Part shown: positions 55,316-64,000 of the stretch, one piece after another | How the letters are laid out: each line of letters opens with the position of its first letter | How positions within the stretch are numbered: position 1 is the first letter of the stretch | Notes under the pieces: model-generated | Databases searched by the model: none | What the model was told of the DNA's origin: nothing | The model's input: only the letters and a program-made list of their open reading frames with translations | Source: Eubacteriales bacterium | Lineage (GTDB): Bacteria > Bacillota > Clostridia > Oscillospirales > JAAYXM01 | Direction: 5' to 3' | NCBI GenBank assembly: GCA_045636865.1 | Contig: JAZTYJ010000017.1 | Span: forward strand, 5,253 to 69,252 | DNA: 64,000 nucleotides | Program-made: the position numbers and the translations under genes

Positions 55316-57055
55316 ATGATAAGAAAATTGCTCTCATCACTCAGAGAATACAAGACACCGGCGATTCTTACGTTCGTTTTTATCATCGGTGAAGTCATAT
55401 TGGAGTGCATAATCCCGTTTATTACAGCGAATCTGATGAATCAGATAAAGGCGGGAATAGAAATTCGCGCACTGCTGCAAACGGGCGGACTTCTCATACT
55501 CATGGCACTTCTGTCGCTTGCGTGCGGCGGTATGGCGGGCGTTACTTCCGCAAAAGCATCAGCAGGCTTTGCGAAAAATCTCCGCCGCGACCTTTTTGCA
55601 AAAATCCAGAGCTTTTCATTTGAAAACACCGATAGATTTTCCGTTTCCTCGCTCGTAACCAGAATGACAACGGATATCTCAAATGTGCAGATGTCGTTTA
55701 TGATGTGCATAAGAACGGCCATCCGCTCACCGTTTATGTTTATTTTTTCAATCATAATGTCGTATATAATGGGTGGAAGGCTTGCAACGGTGTTTGTTAT
55801 TGCAATTCCCATTATTCTTGTCGGACTTTTTACGGTAAGCCGAAAAGCTATGCCGGCATTTAAAAGAGTTTTCAAGAAATACGATAAACTAAACGAGTCG
55901 ATAGAAGAGAATGTGCGCGGAATGCGCGTTGTAAAGGGCTTTTCAAAAGAGGAGTTTGAAAAAGAAAAGTTTTCCCGCGCGGCAGAGGACATTTGTTCCG
56001 ACTTCACAAAGGCTGAACGCATAGTCGCGTTCAATCAGCCGGTTATGCAGGTCTGCCTCTATATAATAATGGTGTTCACTCTCTCGTTCGGCTCATATAT
56101 GGTAATTTCAAGCCGAGGTCTTGAAATAGACGTCGGTCAGATTTCGTCTATCCTTACTTACGGAATGCAGATTCTTATGTCGCTTATGATGATTTCGATG
56201 ATTTATGTTATGATTTCGATGTCGCTTGAGTCAATGAAGCGAATATATGAGGTTTTCACGGAGGAGTCAAAGATAGTAAACTGCGAAAGCCCGATATACG
56301 AGGTAAAGGACGGTTCTGTTGAGTTTAGGGATGTTGATTTCAAATACTCGGCAGAATCTGAAAAGGCGGCACTTGAGAACGTGAACATAAAGATTGAGTC
56401 GGGAATGATGGTCGGAATAATCGGAGGCACAGGCTCAAGCAAGTCAACTCTCGTTCAGCTTATTCCGCGTCTGTATGATGCAACTAACGGCGAAGTTTTA
56501 GTCGGAGGAGTGAACGTCAGGGAATATGACCTTGAAACACTTCGCGACAGCGTTGCGATGGTTTTGCAGAAAAATCAGATTTTCTCGGGAACGATATGTG
56601 AAAATCTCCGCTGGGGAAATGCCGATGCGGATATCGAAGAAATCAAGGAAGCCTGCCGCTTTGCCCAGGCTGATGAATTTATATCCTCCTTTCCGGACGG
56701 ATATGACACGTACATTGAGCAGGGCGGAACAAACGTATCCGGCGGTCAGAAGCAGAGACTCTGCATAGCAAGAGCCTTCCTCAAAAAGCCGAAGGTTCTT
56801 ATTCTTGATGACTCAACAAGTGCTGTTGATACAAAAACAGACGCAAAAATAAGAGAGGCGTTCCGTGAGTATATCCCCGAAACCACGAAAATCATTATTG
56901 CACAGCGAATTTCCTCTGTTTCGGATGCGGATATGATAATCGTTATGGAAAACGGAAAGATTTCGGATTTCGGAACGCATGATGAGCTTCTTTTGAGAAA
57001 CGAAATTTACAGAGAGATTTATGAAGAACAGAAGGGAGGGCAGGCCGATGAGTAG
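55316..57055 (+). CDS. ABC exporter, fused permease/ATPase (heterodimer partner 1)
   Basis: It has a six-TM type I exporter domain and an NBD (GGTGSSKST, VSGGQKQRL, ILDDSTSAVD). Confidence 0.92.
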   Translation: MIRKLLSSLREYKTPAILTFVFIIGEVILECIIPFITANLMNQIKAGIEIRALLQTGGLLILMALLSLACGGMAGVTSAKASAGFAKNLRRDLFAKIQSFSFENTDRFSVSSLVTRMTTDISNVQMSFMMCIRTAIRSPFMFIFSIIMSYIMGGRLATVFVIAIPIILVGLFTVSRKAMPAFKRVFKKYDKLNESIEENVRGMRVVKGFSKEEFEKEKFSRAAEDICSDFTKAERIVAFNQPVMQVCLYIIMVFTLSFGSYMVISSRGLEIDVGQISSILTYGMQILMSLMMISMIYVMISMSLESMKRIYEVFTEESKIVNCESPIYEVKDGSVEFRDVDFKYSAESEKAALENVNIKIESGMMVGIIGGTGSSKSTLVQLIPRLYDATNGEVLVGGVNVREYDLETLRDSVAMVLQKNQIFSGTICENLRWGNADADIEEIKEACRFAQADEFISSFPDGYDTYIEQGGTNVSGGQKQRLCIARAFLKKPKVLILDDSTSAVDTKTDAKIREAFREYIPETTKIIIAQRISSVSDADMIIVMENGKISDFGTHDELLLRNEIYREIYEEQKGGQADE

Positions 57056-58985
57056 GAAAATGCCACCGGCAAAGGGTAAAAGACCTCCTGCAGATATGCG
57101 CACGTTAAAGAGGGTAATGGCATCTCTGTTCAAAGAATATCCGAGACTTCTCGTTTCCGTAATCATATGCATAATTATCTCATCGGTAACAGCGGCAGCA
57201 CCTGCGGTTTTCCAGCAGCAGATACTTGCCGACATCGGCGTTTTTGCAAGCTCGGGAGACTGGACGGCAGCTTCAAAGGTCATAATTCCAAAGGTGATTC
57301 TGCTTGTTATAATGTATGTCATCTCGCTTGCGGCGATAACTGTCTATACACAGCTTATGGCAATTATAACGCAGGGATATCTCAATAAGATGAGATGTAT
57401 GATGTTTCAGAAGATGCAGAATTTGCCGATAAACTTCTTTGACACAAATAAGCACGGTGACATAATGAGCCGTTACACGAATGACATAGACACCCTGCGG
57501 CAGCTCATTTCTCAGGCGTTACCAACGTTTCTGAGAGCCGGAGTCATTATAGTTTCGGTTCTCGGCATTATGCTCTATTACAGCGCGTGGCTGACGCTTG
57601 TAGTCGTTTTCGGTGTTTTTGTTATGATGCTTGTGACAAAGACAGTCGGAGGCGGAAGTGCGAAGTTCTTTATGCGTCAACAAAAGTCACTCGGAAAGAA
57701 TGAAGCATACATTCAGGAGATTATGAATGGTCAGCGTGTTGTCAAGGTTTTCAACCGCGAGGAGACTTGCAGGCAAGAGTTTGATGAGCTCTCGGAAAAG
57801 CTTTTCGAGGACAGCTTCAGGGCGCATTCGTTTGCAAACGTTCTCGGACCGATAATTCAGAATATAGGAAACATCCTCTATGTTGTTATCGCGGTAGTCG
57901 GAGGTCTTCTGCTTCTTGCAAAAGTTCCGAACATCGCTGTGTCGAATCTCGTTGCCGGCGGAATCGGAGTTCTTTCAATCGATATAGTCATCCCGTTTCT
58001 GAATATGACAAAGCAGTTTACGGGAAACGTTAATCAGCTTTCACAGCAGATTAACGCAATAGCAATGGCAAGCGCGGGTGCTTCGAGAATATACGAGCTT
58101 GCTGATTCGGAAGCGGAGACGGACGAGGGATATGTAACGCTTGTCGATGCAAGAATCGGGGAAGATGGAGAAATAACCGAATCGGACGAAAAGACAGGAA
58201 TCTGGGCATGGCGTTATCCGCACAATGACGGTACGGTTACGTATACCAGACTTCGCGGCGATATAGAGATGACCGACGTTGACTTCTCATACGTTGAGGG
58301 AAAACAGGTGCTTAAAAACATAAGTGTGTATGCACGCCCCGGACAGAAAATCGCTTTTGTTGGTGCAACGGGAGCAGGAAAGACTACGATAACAAATCTC
58401 TTTAACCGCTTCTATGATATTGAGGACGGCAAAATCAGATACGATGGAATAAACATCAATAAGATAAAGAAGAAGGATTTGCGCCGTTCAATGGGGCTTG
58501 TTCTTCAGGAAACAAATCTCTTCACGGGAACCGTTGCCGAAAACATCCGCTACGGAAAGCTCTCCGCGACGGATGAGGAGGTGCGCGCGGCGGCACGCCT
58601 TGCAGGAGCTGACGATTTCATAACAAGACTTCCGAAGGGATACGATACGCTGATTACGAATAATGGCGAAAATTTAAGCCAGGGACAGCGTCAGCTTATC
58701 GCTATTGCACGTGCGGCGGTATGCGATCCGCCGGTTATGATTCTTGACGAGGCGACCTCTTCAATCGACACAAGAACAGAGCGGATTGTTCAGCGTGGTA
58801 TGGATAAGCTTATGGAGGGCAGAACGGTGTTTGTTATTGCACACCGCCTCTCAACCGTCAAGAATTCCGACGTTATAATGGTTCTTGACCACGGTGAAAT
58901 CAAGGAGCGCGGCACACACGACGAGCTTATCGCCGAAAAGGGGATTTATTATCAGCTCTATACAGGTGCATTCGAGCTTGAATAA
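57048..58985 (+). CDS. ABC exporter, fused permease/ATPase (heterodimer partner 2)
   Basis: Its ATG overlaps the upstream stop (ATGAGTAG). It has a six-TM domain and an NBD (GATGAGKTT, LSQGQRQL, ILDEATSSID), with an insertion before the NBD. Confidence 0.92.
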   Translation: MSRKMPPAKGKRPPADMRTLKRVMASLFKEYPRLLVSVIICIIISSVTAAAPAVFQQQILADIGVFASSGDWTAASKVIIPKVILLVIMYVISLAAITVYTQLMAIITQGYLNKMRCMMFQKMQNLPINFFDTNKHGDIMSRYTNDIDTLRQLISQALPTFLRAGVIIVSVLGIMLYYSAWLTLVVVFGVFVMMLVTKTVGGGSAKFFMRQQKSLGKNEAYIQEIMNGQRVVKVFNREETCRQEFDELSEKLFEDSFRAHSFANVLGPIIQNIGNILYVVIAVVGGLLLLAKVPNIAVSNLVAGGIGVLSIDIVIPFLNMTKQFTGNVNQLSQQINAIAMASAGASRIYELADSEAETDEGYVTLVDARIGEDGEITESDEKTGIWAWRYPHNDGTVTYTRLRGDIEMTDVDFSYVEGKQVLKNISVYARPGQKIAFVGATGAGKTTITNLFNRFYDIEDGKIRYDGININKIKKKDLRRSMGLVLQETNLFTGTVAENIRYGKLSATDEEVRAAARLAGADDFITRLPKGYDTLITNNGENLSQGQRQLIAIARAAVCDPPVMILDEATSSIDTRTERIVQRGMDKLMEGRTVFVIAHRLSTVKNSDVIMVLDHGEIKERGTHDELIAEKGIYYQLYTGAFELE

Positions 58986-58987
58986 AC

Positions 58988-59019
58988 AAAAAGCAGTTGG
59001 CATATGCCAACTGCTTTTT
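58988..59019. terminator. Bidirectional terminator
   Basis: AAAAAGCAGTTGGCATATGCCAACTGCTTTTT. Confidence 0.8.
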
Positions 59020-59899
59020 ATTTGCTTGTGTGAGCTTTTTTGTAATCTGACGGAGATATCCCCGTTTTTGATTTAAAAAGCCTCGAAAAATAATGAACAG
59101 AAGAAAAACCAAGCCTTTCAGATATCTGGGTGAGATTCAGCGCACTTTCGTGTATAAGCCGCTTTGCAAGACCGATTTTCAGCGAAATAAGGTAGTCAAT
59201 CGGTCCGCAACCGCAAACATCTCTGCAGAGCTTTCCGAGTTGCGACGGACTCAGTAAAAGTTCGGAGCATATTTCCTCTGTTGTAAGCGGGCGGTGCATA
59301 TTATTCTGCAAAAAGGTTGTGAGAGCCGAAAATTCCTTGTTGAGATTGCTTTTGTTTGTTGTATGTTCCGGAAGCTTGCCGGATAACTTTTCTTCAAACA
59401 GTCCGATCAGAAACAGCTCGGTAAGATTTGCAAGCTTTTGAAGCGAGAAATCTGAACTTTCGTTGCGAAGACACATTCCGCGCTCGTCTGAAATATCTTT
59501 TGGCAGTGAGAAGGTAGCGCGTCCAAGCTCCATAATTTTATAAAGCGAGGACATATGGGTGTCAGAAAGTGGGATAACCGCATTTGCAAATTGCGGAAGA
59601 ACGCTTGAGGAGGCGGAAAATGCACAAATATTCACAACCGCTTTTGATGAGACAGACGTGATATGAAAAGAATACGGCGCATAGATAATCAGGTCGCCCG
59701 GCTGAAGACAGAAAAGACGACCGTCGACGAGAATATTCAGCTCTCCCGACTCCAGATGTAAAAACTCCCAGAAATCGTGCGCCTCACCGTCAGTGCAAAA
59801 GTCAGGTGCCGAAATGTCCTGAAGCTTCCGGCTGAAGACGGAAACGAATTCTTCAATTCTGATGAAGTCTGAAACGGGAGTGCGTTTGAATTTCAGCAT
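59018..59899 (-). CDS. AraC-family transcriptional regulator with cupin-like N-domain
   Basis: It has a C-terminal double HTH (ISERLGFSSVHYFSRLFKSKTGISPSDY). Confidence 0.88.
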   Translation of the reverse strand: MLKFKRTPVSDFIRIEEFVSVFSRKLQDISAPDFCTDGEAHDFWEFLHLESGELNILVDGRLFCLQPGDLIIYAPYSFHITSVSSKAVVNICAFSASSSVLPQFANAVIPLSDTHMSSLYKIMELGRATFSLPKDISDERGMCLRNESSDFSLQKLANLTELFLIGLFEEKLSGKLPEHTTNKSNLNKEFSALTTFLQNNMHRPLTTEEICSELLLSPSQLGKLCRDVCGCGPIDYLISLKIGLAKRLIHESALNLTQISERLGFSSVHYFSRLFKSKTGISPSDYKKAHTSK

Positions 59900-60023
59900 T
59901 ATTTCACCTCAAAAAGACAAAATTGTGCAAAACAAATGTCAAATAGTACAAATCAATTCCGATAAATATACTTTATAATAATATCATACTCATAAAATTG
60001 TCAAGAGGAAGGATCAATTTGAA

Positions 60024-61061
60024 ATGAAAAAAATAAGACTTGGCCTGATTGGTTGCGGCGGAATGATGAAACGCCATGCAGAGGGTGTTTCTCTTCTTGA
60101 AAACATCGAAATTACCGCCGTGTGTGACATTGAAATTGACCGCGCAAGGGATGTTGCATCGGTGCTTGATAATCCGTTTGTTACAACGGATTACAAAGAA
60201 ATGGTGGATTATGTTGATGCCGTGCTCGTTGTACTGCCACACCATCTGCATTATCAATGCGGAATGTTTTTTGCCCGTCATAATAAACATATTCTTATGG
60301 AAAAGCCGTTGTGCAATACGGAAGAGGAATGCTTAAGACTCATTTCGGTATGTGAAGAAAATAATCTGACTTTGATGTGTGCATATCCGGTAAGATACTG
60401 GGAGGGAATCAGAAAACTCAAGGAAATGGTTGACAGCGGCGATTACGGAAAGATTATGCAGATGTCAATCTGGACAGAACAGCTTACCAAGTTTGATGAG
60501 CTTGAGTGGTTTGCAACATCATGCCTCGGCGGAGGTCAGCTCTTCTCTCACGGCTGCCACTACATAGATATTCTTATGTGGTTCTGCGGTCGACCTGTTT
60601 CGGGCGTGCATTTCGGAACAAATGTGGGAACACCGTGGATGCTTCGCGAGGGAACAAGCGCGGTTACAATGAAGTTTGAAAATGGGTCCCTCGGTTATCA
60701 CGGGGCAACGTGGGGTTCTCGCGGTACGCGTATGGGGACGGATTTTCAGATAATAACCGAAAAGGGAACACTTGAATTTGACTTCGTTTCGGGAGAAGTG
60801 AAGGTTTATGATAACGTTAAAGAGCACATCCCAGGAATGGCTGACAGTGATGCGCAGAAATACAGGGTTGTGTGGAAGAGGGAAAATGCAGCAAGCAAGG
60901 AAACACAGCACGAAATATCACATTTTGCCGACTGTATCATAAATAAGAAGAAGCCGGAAACAGACGCGCACAGTGCGCTTGAATCACTCCGCGTTATATG
61001 GAAGCTTTACGATGCCGAGAAGATGGGCATCGTCGCAGACCTTTGCGATATAAACGTATAA
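60024..61061 (+). CDS. Gfo/Idh/MocA-family NAD(P)-dependent oxidoreductase
   Basis: It has an N-terminal Rossmann fold (IRLGLIGCGGMM) and the EKP motif (MEKPL). Confidence 0.88.
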   Translation: MKKIRLGLIGCGGMMKRHAEGVSLLENIEITAVCDIEIDRARDVASVLDNPFVTTDYKEMVDYVDAVLVVLPHHLHYQCGMFFARHNKHILMEKPLCNTEEECLRLISVCEENNLTLMCAYPVRYWEGIRKLKEMVDSGDYGKIMQMSIWTEQLTKFDELEWFATSCLGGGQLFSHGCHYIDILMWFCGRPVSGVHFGTNVGTPWMLREGTSAVTMKFENGSLGYHGATWGSRGTRMGTDFQIITEKGTLEFDFVSGEVKVYDNVKEHIPGMADSDAQKYRVVWKRENAASKETQHEISHFADCIINKKKPETDAHSALESLRVIWKLYDAEKMGIVADLCDINV

Positions 61062-61064
61062 ACA

Positions 61065-61094
61065 AAAACACTCGGCATATGCCGAGTGTTTTTA
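61065..61094. terminator. Bidirectional terminator
   Basis: AAAAACACTCGGCATATGCCGAGTGTTTTT. Confidence 0.8.
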
Positions 61095-61098
61095 AGTT

Positions 61099-61971
61099 TT
61101 AATGAGCACTTTTGAAAACGTCTGCAACCTCCGTAATCGTGAGAAATGCCTGAGGATCGATTGCATGTGCGATTTCTTTGACGTTCGGAATCTGGAAACG
61201 GTTAACGACGAAATAAATAACCGTCTTGTCCTGCTTTGAGTAATGTCCGCGCGCAAGAAGCTGTGTGATTCCGCTTTCGTATTCGCTTGAAAGAACGTTG
61301 CAGATTTCATCGGGCTTGCTTGTAACAATCATAACCGCCTTGTTGCGGTCGATACCCTCGACGATAAAGTCGATAACCTTAAGACCTGCGCCGTAGGTGA
61401 GGATCGAATACAGCGGCAAAATCCAGCTGTTGAAAACGATTCCGCAGATGACGTAGAGAAGTACGTTATACACCATAACGAACGTGCCGACGGTAACGCC
61501 GAGTCGTTTTGCAAAGATAACAGACATAACCTCAACACCGTCAATTGCACCTCCGTAGCGAATAGTCAGACCGCTGCCGATACCCGATATAACGCCGCCG
61601 AACAGTGCACATAGGAGAAGGTCTTTTCCCGCGAGAGGCGACATGGCGCTGACGTCAATGGGGAGAACATTTGTTATGAGATGCGCACCGAGAGAGTACA
61701 TTGCAACTGCCCAGAGAGAATACAGCGTAAAAAGCTTTCCCTGTTTTTTAAATCCGTAAAGGAACAGAGGGACGTTAACTGCAATCAGGAAAAAAGAAAG
61801 AGAAAACGGAGTTATCTGGGACAGGAACATAGAAGTTCCCGAAATGCCGCTGTCGTAAAGCCCGACCGGTGCAAGAAAAACGGTGATGCCGAAGGCGTTT
61901 ATGAAGCCGGCGATGGTAAGACCTAACAGGTTTGTAAATTTGAATCTGTGATAAGCGGGGGTTTTTCTCAT
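61099..61971 (-). CDS. YitT-family membrane protein (DUF2179 C-terminal domain)
   Basis: Five to six TM helices are followed by a soluble DUF2179-like domain (MIVTSKPDEI...VVNRFQI). Confidence 0.8.
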   Translation of the reverse strand: MRKTPAYHRFKFTNLLGLTIAGFINAFGITVFLAPVGLYDSGISGTSMFLSQITPFSLSFFLIAVNVPLFLYGFKKQGKLFTLYSLWAVAMYSLGAHLITNVLPIDVSAMSPLAGKDLLLCALFGGVISGIGSGLTIRYGGAIDGVEVMSVIFAKRLGVTVGTFVMVYNVLLYVICGIVFNSWILPLYSILTYGAGLKVIDFIVEGIDRNKAVMIVTSKPDEICNVLSSEYESGITQLLARGHYSKQDKTVIYFVVNRFQIPNVKEIAHAIDPQAFLTITEVADVFKSAH

Positions 61972-62087
61972 AAAAAATCACTCCGTATAAATATCTGATT
62001 AAATTATAACACTTTTTTATGTCATATACAAACGATTTTACAGAAAATTAAAAAAGAAAAAAGCACCGAAAAATCGGTGCTTTTCTG

Positions 62088-62176
62088 TGGCGGAGGGAGT
62101 GGGATTCGAACCCACGTGGGGTTGCCCCCAAACGGTTTTCAAGACCGCCTCGTTATGACCACTTCGATATCCCTCC
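62088..62176 (-). tRNA. tRNA-Ser (anticodon UGA)
   Basis: The reverse complement reads GGAGGGATATCGAAGTGGTCATAACGAG-GCGGT-CTTGAAA-ACCGT..variable arm..GGGTTCGAATCCCACTCCCTCCGCCA. A terminator hairpin (AGCACCGATTTTTCGGTGCT plus a T-run) follows at about 62055-62085. Confidence 0.93.
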
Positions 62177-62204
62177 ATATCACATGTGGTGAAAACCACA
62201 TATG

Positions 62205-62233
62205 ATTCTAACAAAAAACAAGTTAAATGTCAA
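62205..62233 (-). promoter_or_regulatory. Sigma-70-type promoter for tRNA-Ser(UGA)
   Basis: On the minus strand: TTGACA (62233-62228), 17-nt spacer, TAGAAT (62210-62205). Confidence 0.65.
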
Positions 62234-62251
62234 GAGTTTTTTTGAGTTTTT

Positions 62252-63346
62252 TTATCCGATATTTTCGGAACTCTCTGCCTGCGGCGCAATTCCCTCGATT
62301 CTGACATCTGCGTTGAGGGGAACGATGGCAACATAGCTGTCTCCCGGGAAGACTTCAAGCTCTGCACCGCTTGTGTCGTAGAACTTAAACGGAGCAGTTT
62401 TTCCGCTTCTCTTCCAGGTGAGCTCGCGCTTTTCACCGTTTACAAAGTAGTATCCGCTACCCTCGCCGATGGAGTCAAAACGAAGTCTGCCTGCGGTGTC
62501 GCCCTTAATAACATAAGAGTTCATACGAAGAATGAAAACGTTTTTGAATGCAAGCTGACTTCCGGAGAGCGCATCAACGTGGCTTGTGCCGTACTGACCG
62601 ATGCGGTAAAGACCAAGGGCCTCGTCATATGTATATGTTCCTGTTTTGTAGGATGAAAATACGGCAGTGATTTTTGTTGCATCCTTTACGCCGTAAGACA
62701 AGATGGTTTCGGAGAAGTTGAAGGCCGGTCCGTAGCTTGAGGAGCGCGTCATACGAACACCGTCAGCATTCAGTCTCTCCATAATGCGCGGGCCCGAAGT
62801 GAAAACGCTGTGCTCATATCCGTTATTCTTGATCCGGTCCTTATCGCGCCACGACATAGAGCTGTATTTTCCTTCGATAAGGTCGTATGAGTCAATGTCG
62901 TCGTTTGCAAGGCGGCTGTAAGCCTCGGGGCTTCCGCCGATGTGGATGTAAACTGCGTCAAGGCTCTCCGCAAAGTCGATGTAATACGGACGCGAAGAAC
63001 GGATAGTGCCGATCTGCTCTATGTCCTCAAAATCGTCAAAAACCGCGAGAAGACGCGTTATTCCGCCCTCTGCAAGAGCTTCAATAATAATGCTTGCGTT
63101 TGAAATGCCGTACTGCGGAAGGGCCTTTTTGATATTGTTTATCATAATTGCGACAGGACGGCGGTTTTCGTCCTCTTCGCTGTCAACGGGAAGGCCTGTA
63201 AGAGCACTTTTGTACTCGGGAAGTTTAACTTCTTCAACTTCTACATCAATCGGGTCATCGGATGTAATATCACCGCCTCCGCAGGATGTGAGAAGCATCA
63301 CAGCTGCAAGAATAAGAGCGATGAGAGAAAAGAGCTTTGATTTCAT
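62252..63346 (-). CDS. DUF3048 (YerB-like) lipoprotein
   Basis: It has the lipobox LLTSCG. RPVAIMINN and EALAEGGITRLLAVF blocks are characteristic of DUF3048. Confidence 0.85.
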   Translation of the reverse strand: MKSKLFSLIALILAAVMLLTSCGGGDITSDDPIDVEVEEVKLPEYKSALTGLPVDSEEDENRRPVAIMINNIKKALPQYGISNASIIIEALAEGGITRLLAVFDDFEDIEQIGTIRSSRPYYIDFAESLDAVYIHIGGSPEAYSRLANDDIDSYDLIEGKYSSMSWRDKDRIKNNGYEHSVFTSGPRIMERLNADGVRMTRSSSYGPAFNFSETILSYGVKDATKITAVFSSYKTGTYTYDEALGLYRIGQYGTSHVDALSGSQLAFKNVFILRMNSYVIKGDTAGRLRFDSIGEGSGYYFVNGEKRELTWKRSGKTAPFKFYDTSGAELEVFPGDSYVAIVPLNADVRIEGIAPQAESSENIG

Positions 63347-63415
63347 AATTTTGCACCTTCCGTTTCTTTTGTGATAGATTAATTATATCACAGTTTTTTA
63401 AAATAGTACAGCAAA

Positions 63416-63787
63416 TTATACACTACATTTGACAACGAGAAAAATACCGCTGCACATACGCGGCTCACACACCACGGAGAGCGAGCAGGGGAGTGCCTCT
63501 GTGTGTATGCTGCAAACGGCACTTGCACAGATTGTTCCGTCGCAGGTTTCCGTTTCCGAGCCTTTGATTTTCCTGTCGTTTATTGAAAATGCGGCGCGGA
63601 AACCGGGTGGTGCAAAAAGAAGAAAATAAACGCAGTACAAACCCTCCTCACTTATGCATATTTCAGAAAAAACTCCCTCCGCGAGCCAGGAGGGAGGAGG
63701 ATTTGAAACGATGAGCGCCGTGTCGTAGGTTTTGCCGTCAGAAAAAATAAGGGCGGCAGAACCTATATTGTTTTTAAAAGAATCCAT
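63416..63787 (-). CDS. Small Cys-rich hypothetical protein (possible C1q/TNF-like jelly-roll)
   Basis: A GGAGGA RBS lies 7 nt before the ATG. The protein is 123 aa with about 10 Cys. The alternating hydrophobic beta pattern (GLYCVYFLLF, LSVVC, IFLVVK) is reminiscent of BclA-C/C1q-like domains. There is no signal peptide. Confidence 0.55.
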   Translation of the reverse strand: MDSFKNNIGSAALIFSDGKTYDTALIVSNPPPSWLAEGVFSEICISEEGLYCVYFLLFAPPGFRAAFSINDRKIKGSETETCDGTICASAVCSIHTEALPCSLSVVCEPRMCSGIFLVVKCSV

Positions 63788-63845
63788 TGTGTATCCTCCG
63801 AATATATACTGCTATATGCTATTCGGAGATGGGAAAAAATGTTAA

Positions 63846-63870
63846 AGCTACAACTTCTGAAGTTGTGGCT
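63846..63870 (-). terminator. Terminator after ung
   Basis: On the minus strand: AGCCACAACTT-caga-AGTTGTAGCT followed by TTAACATTTTTT. Confidence 0.6.
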
Positions 63871-63874
63871 TGTG

Positions 63875-64000
63875 TTACCATATTATCGGCATTTCGCCGG
63901 ATAGAATCAGCTCGCGGTTTGCAGAGTTGAAGTGTCCGCAACCGAAGAAGCCGTTGTGGGCAGAGAGCGGGCTCGGATGCGCCGCCGTAAATACCTTGTG
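63875..64000 (-). CDS. ung: Uracil-DNA glycosylase, C-terminal end only (5' part outside window)
   Basis: The reverse-strand translation [41 protein letters not shown] contains the Ung HPSPLSA motif. Confidence 0.85.
   Translation of the reverse strand, partial: HKVFTAAHPSPLSAHNGFFGCGHFNSANRELILSGEMPIIW

Overview
The window is a 64-kb chromosomal segment with the gene content, order and promoter/RBS style of a Firmicutes (Clostridia-like) genome. About 85% of it is densely packed core housekeeping DNA, mostly on the minus strand. Core blocks: SRP RNA-dnaX-ybaB-recR-tRNA-Leu; asnA/glnA; topA-trmFO-plsX-rnc-radical SAM; dprA; lysS; greA; ftsEX-M23 peptidase-ctpA; ribF-truB-rbfA/nrnA-infB-ylxQ-ylxR-nusA-rimP; murI-ddl. 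On the plus strand lie dGTPase-dnaG-sigA-tatD and a heterodimeric ABC exporter pair. I found no CRISPR array, IS element, integrase, phage genes, or recognisable defence or toxin-antitoxin module, so I cannot point to a clear multi-gene novel system. The regions worth a second look are as follows. (1) A promoter-driven, GC-rich structured element lies just upstream of tRNA-Ser(CGA); it begins with a copy of that tRNA's first 18 nt, and an AT-rich orphan ORF abuts the tRNA 3' end. (2) Two tandemly duplicated ~580-aa proteins of unrecognised family are followed by a beta-propeller glycosidase/phosphorylase-like gene, within a GH2 / PHP / metallophosphoesterase / HAD-phosphatase neighbourhood. 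(3) Six ATAT-flanked mini-hairpins sit between two terminators next to tRNA-Leu. (4) A Trp-type T-box leader controls trpB2-pdxK-ECF S-component. (5) An in-frame A-AAA-AAG heptamer occurs in dnaX. (6) rbfA and nrnA form one continuous reading frame. All functional calls come from reading the translations and motifs by eye; no database search was possible.
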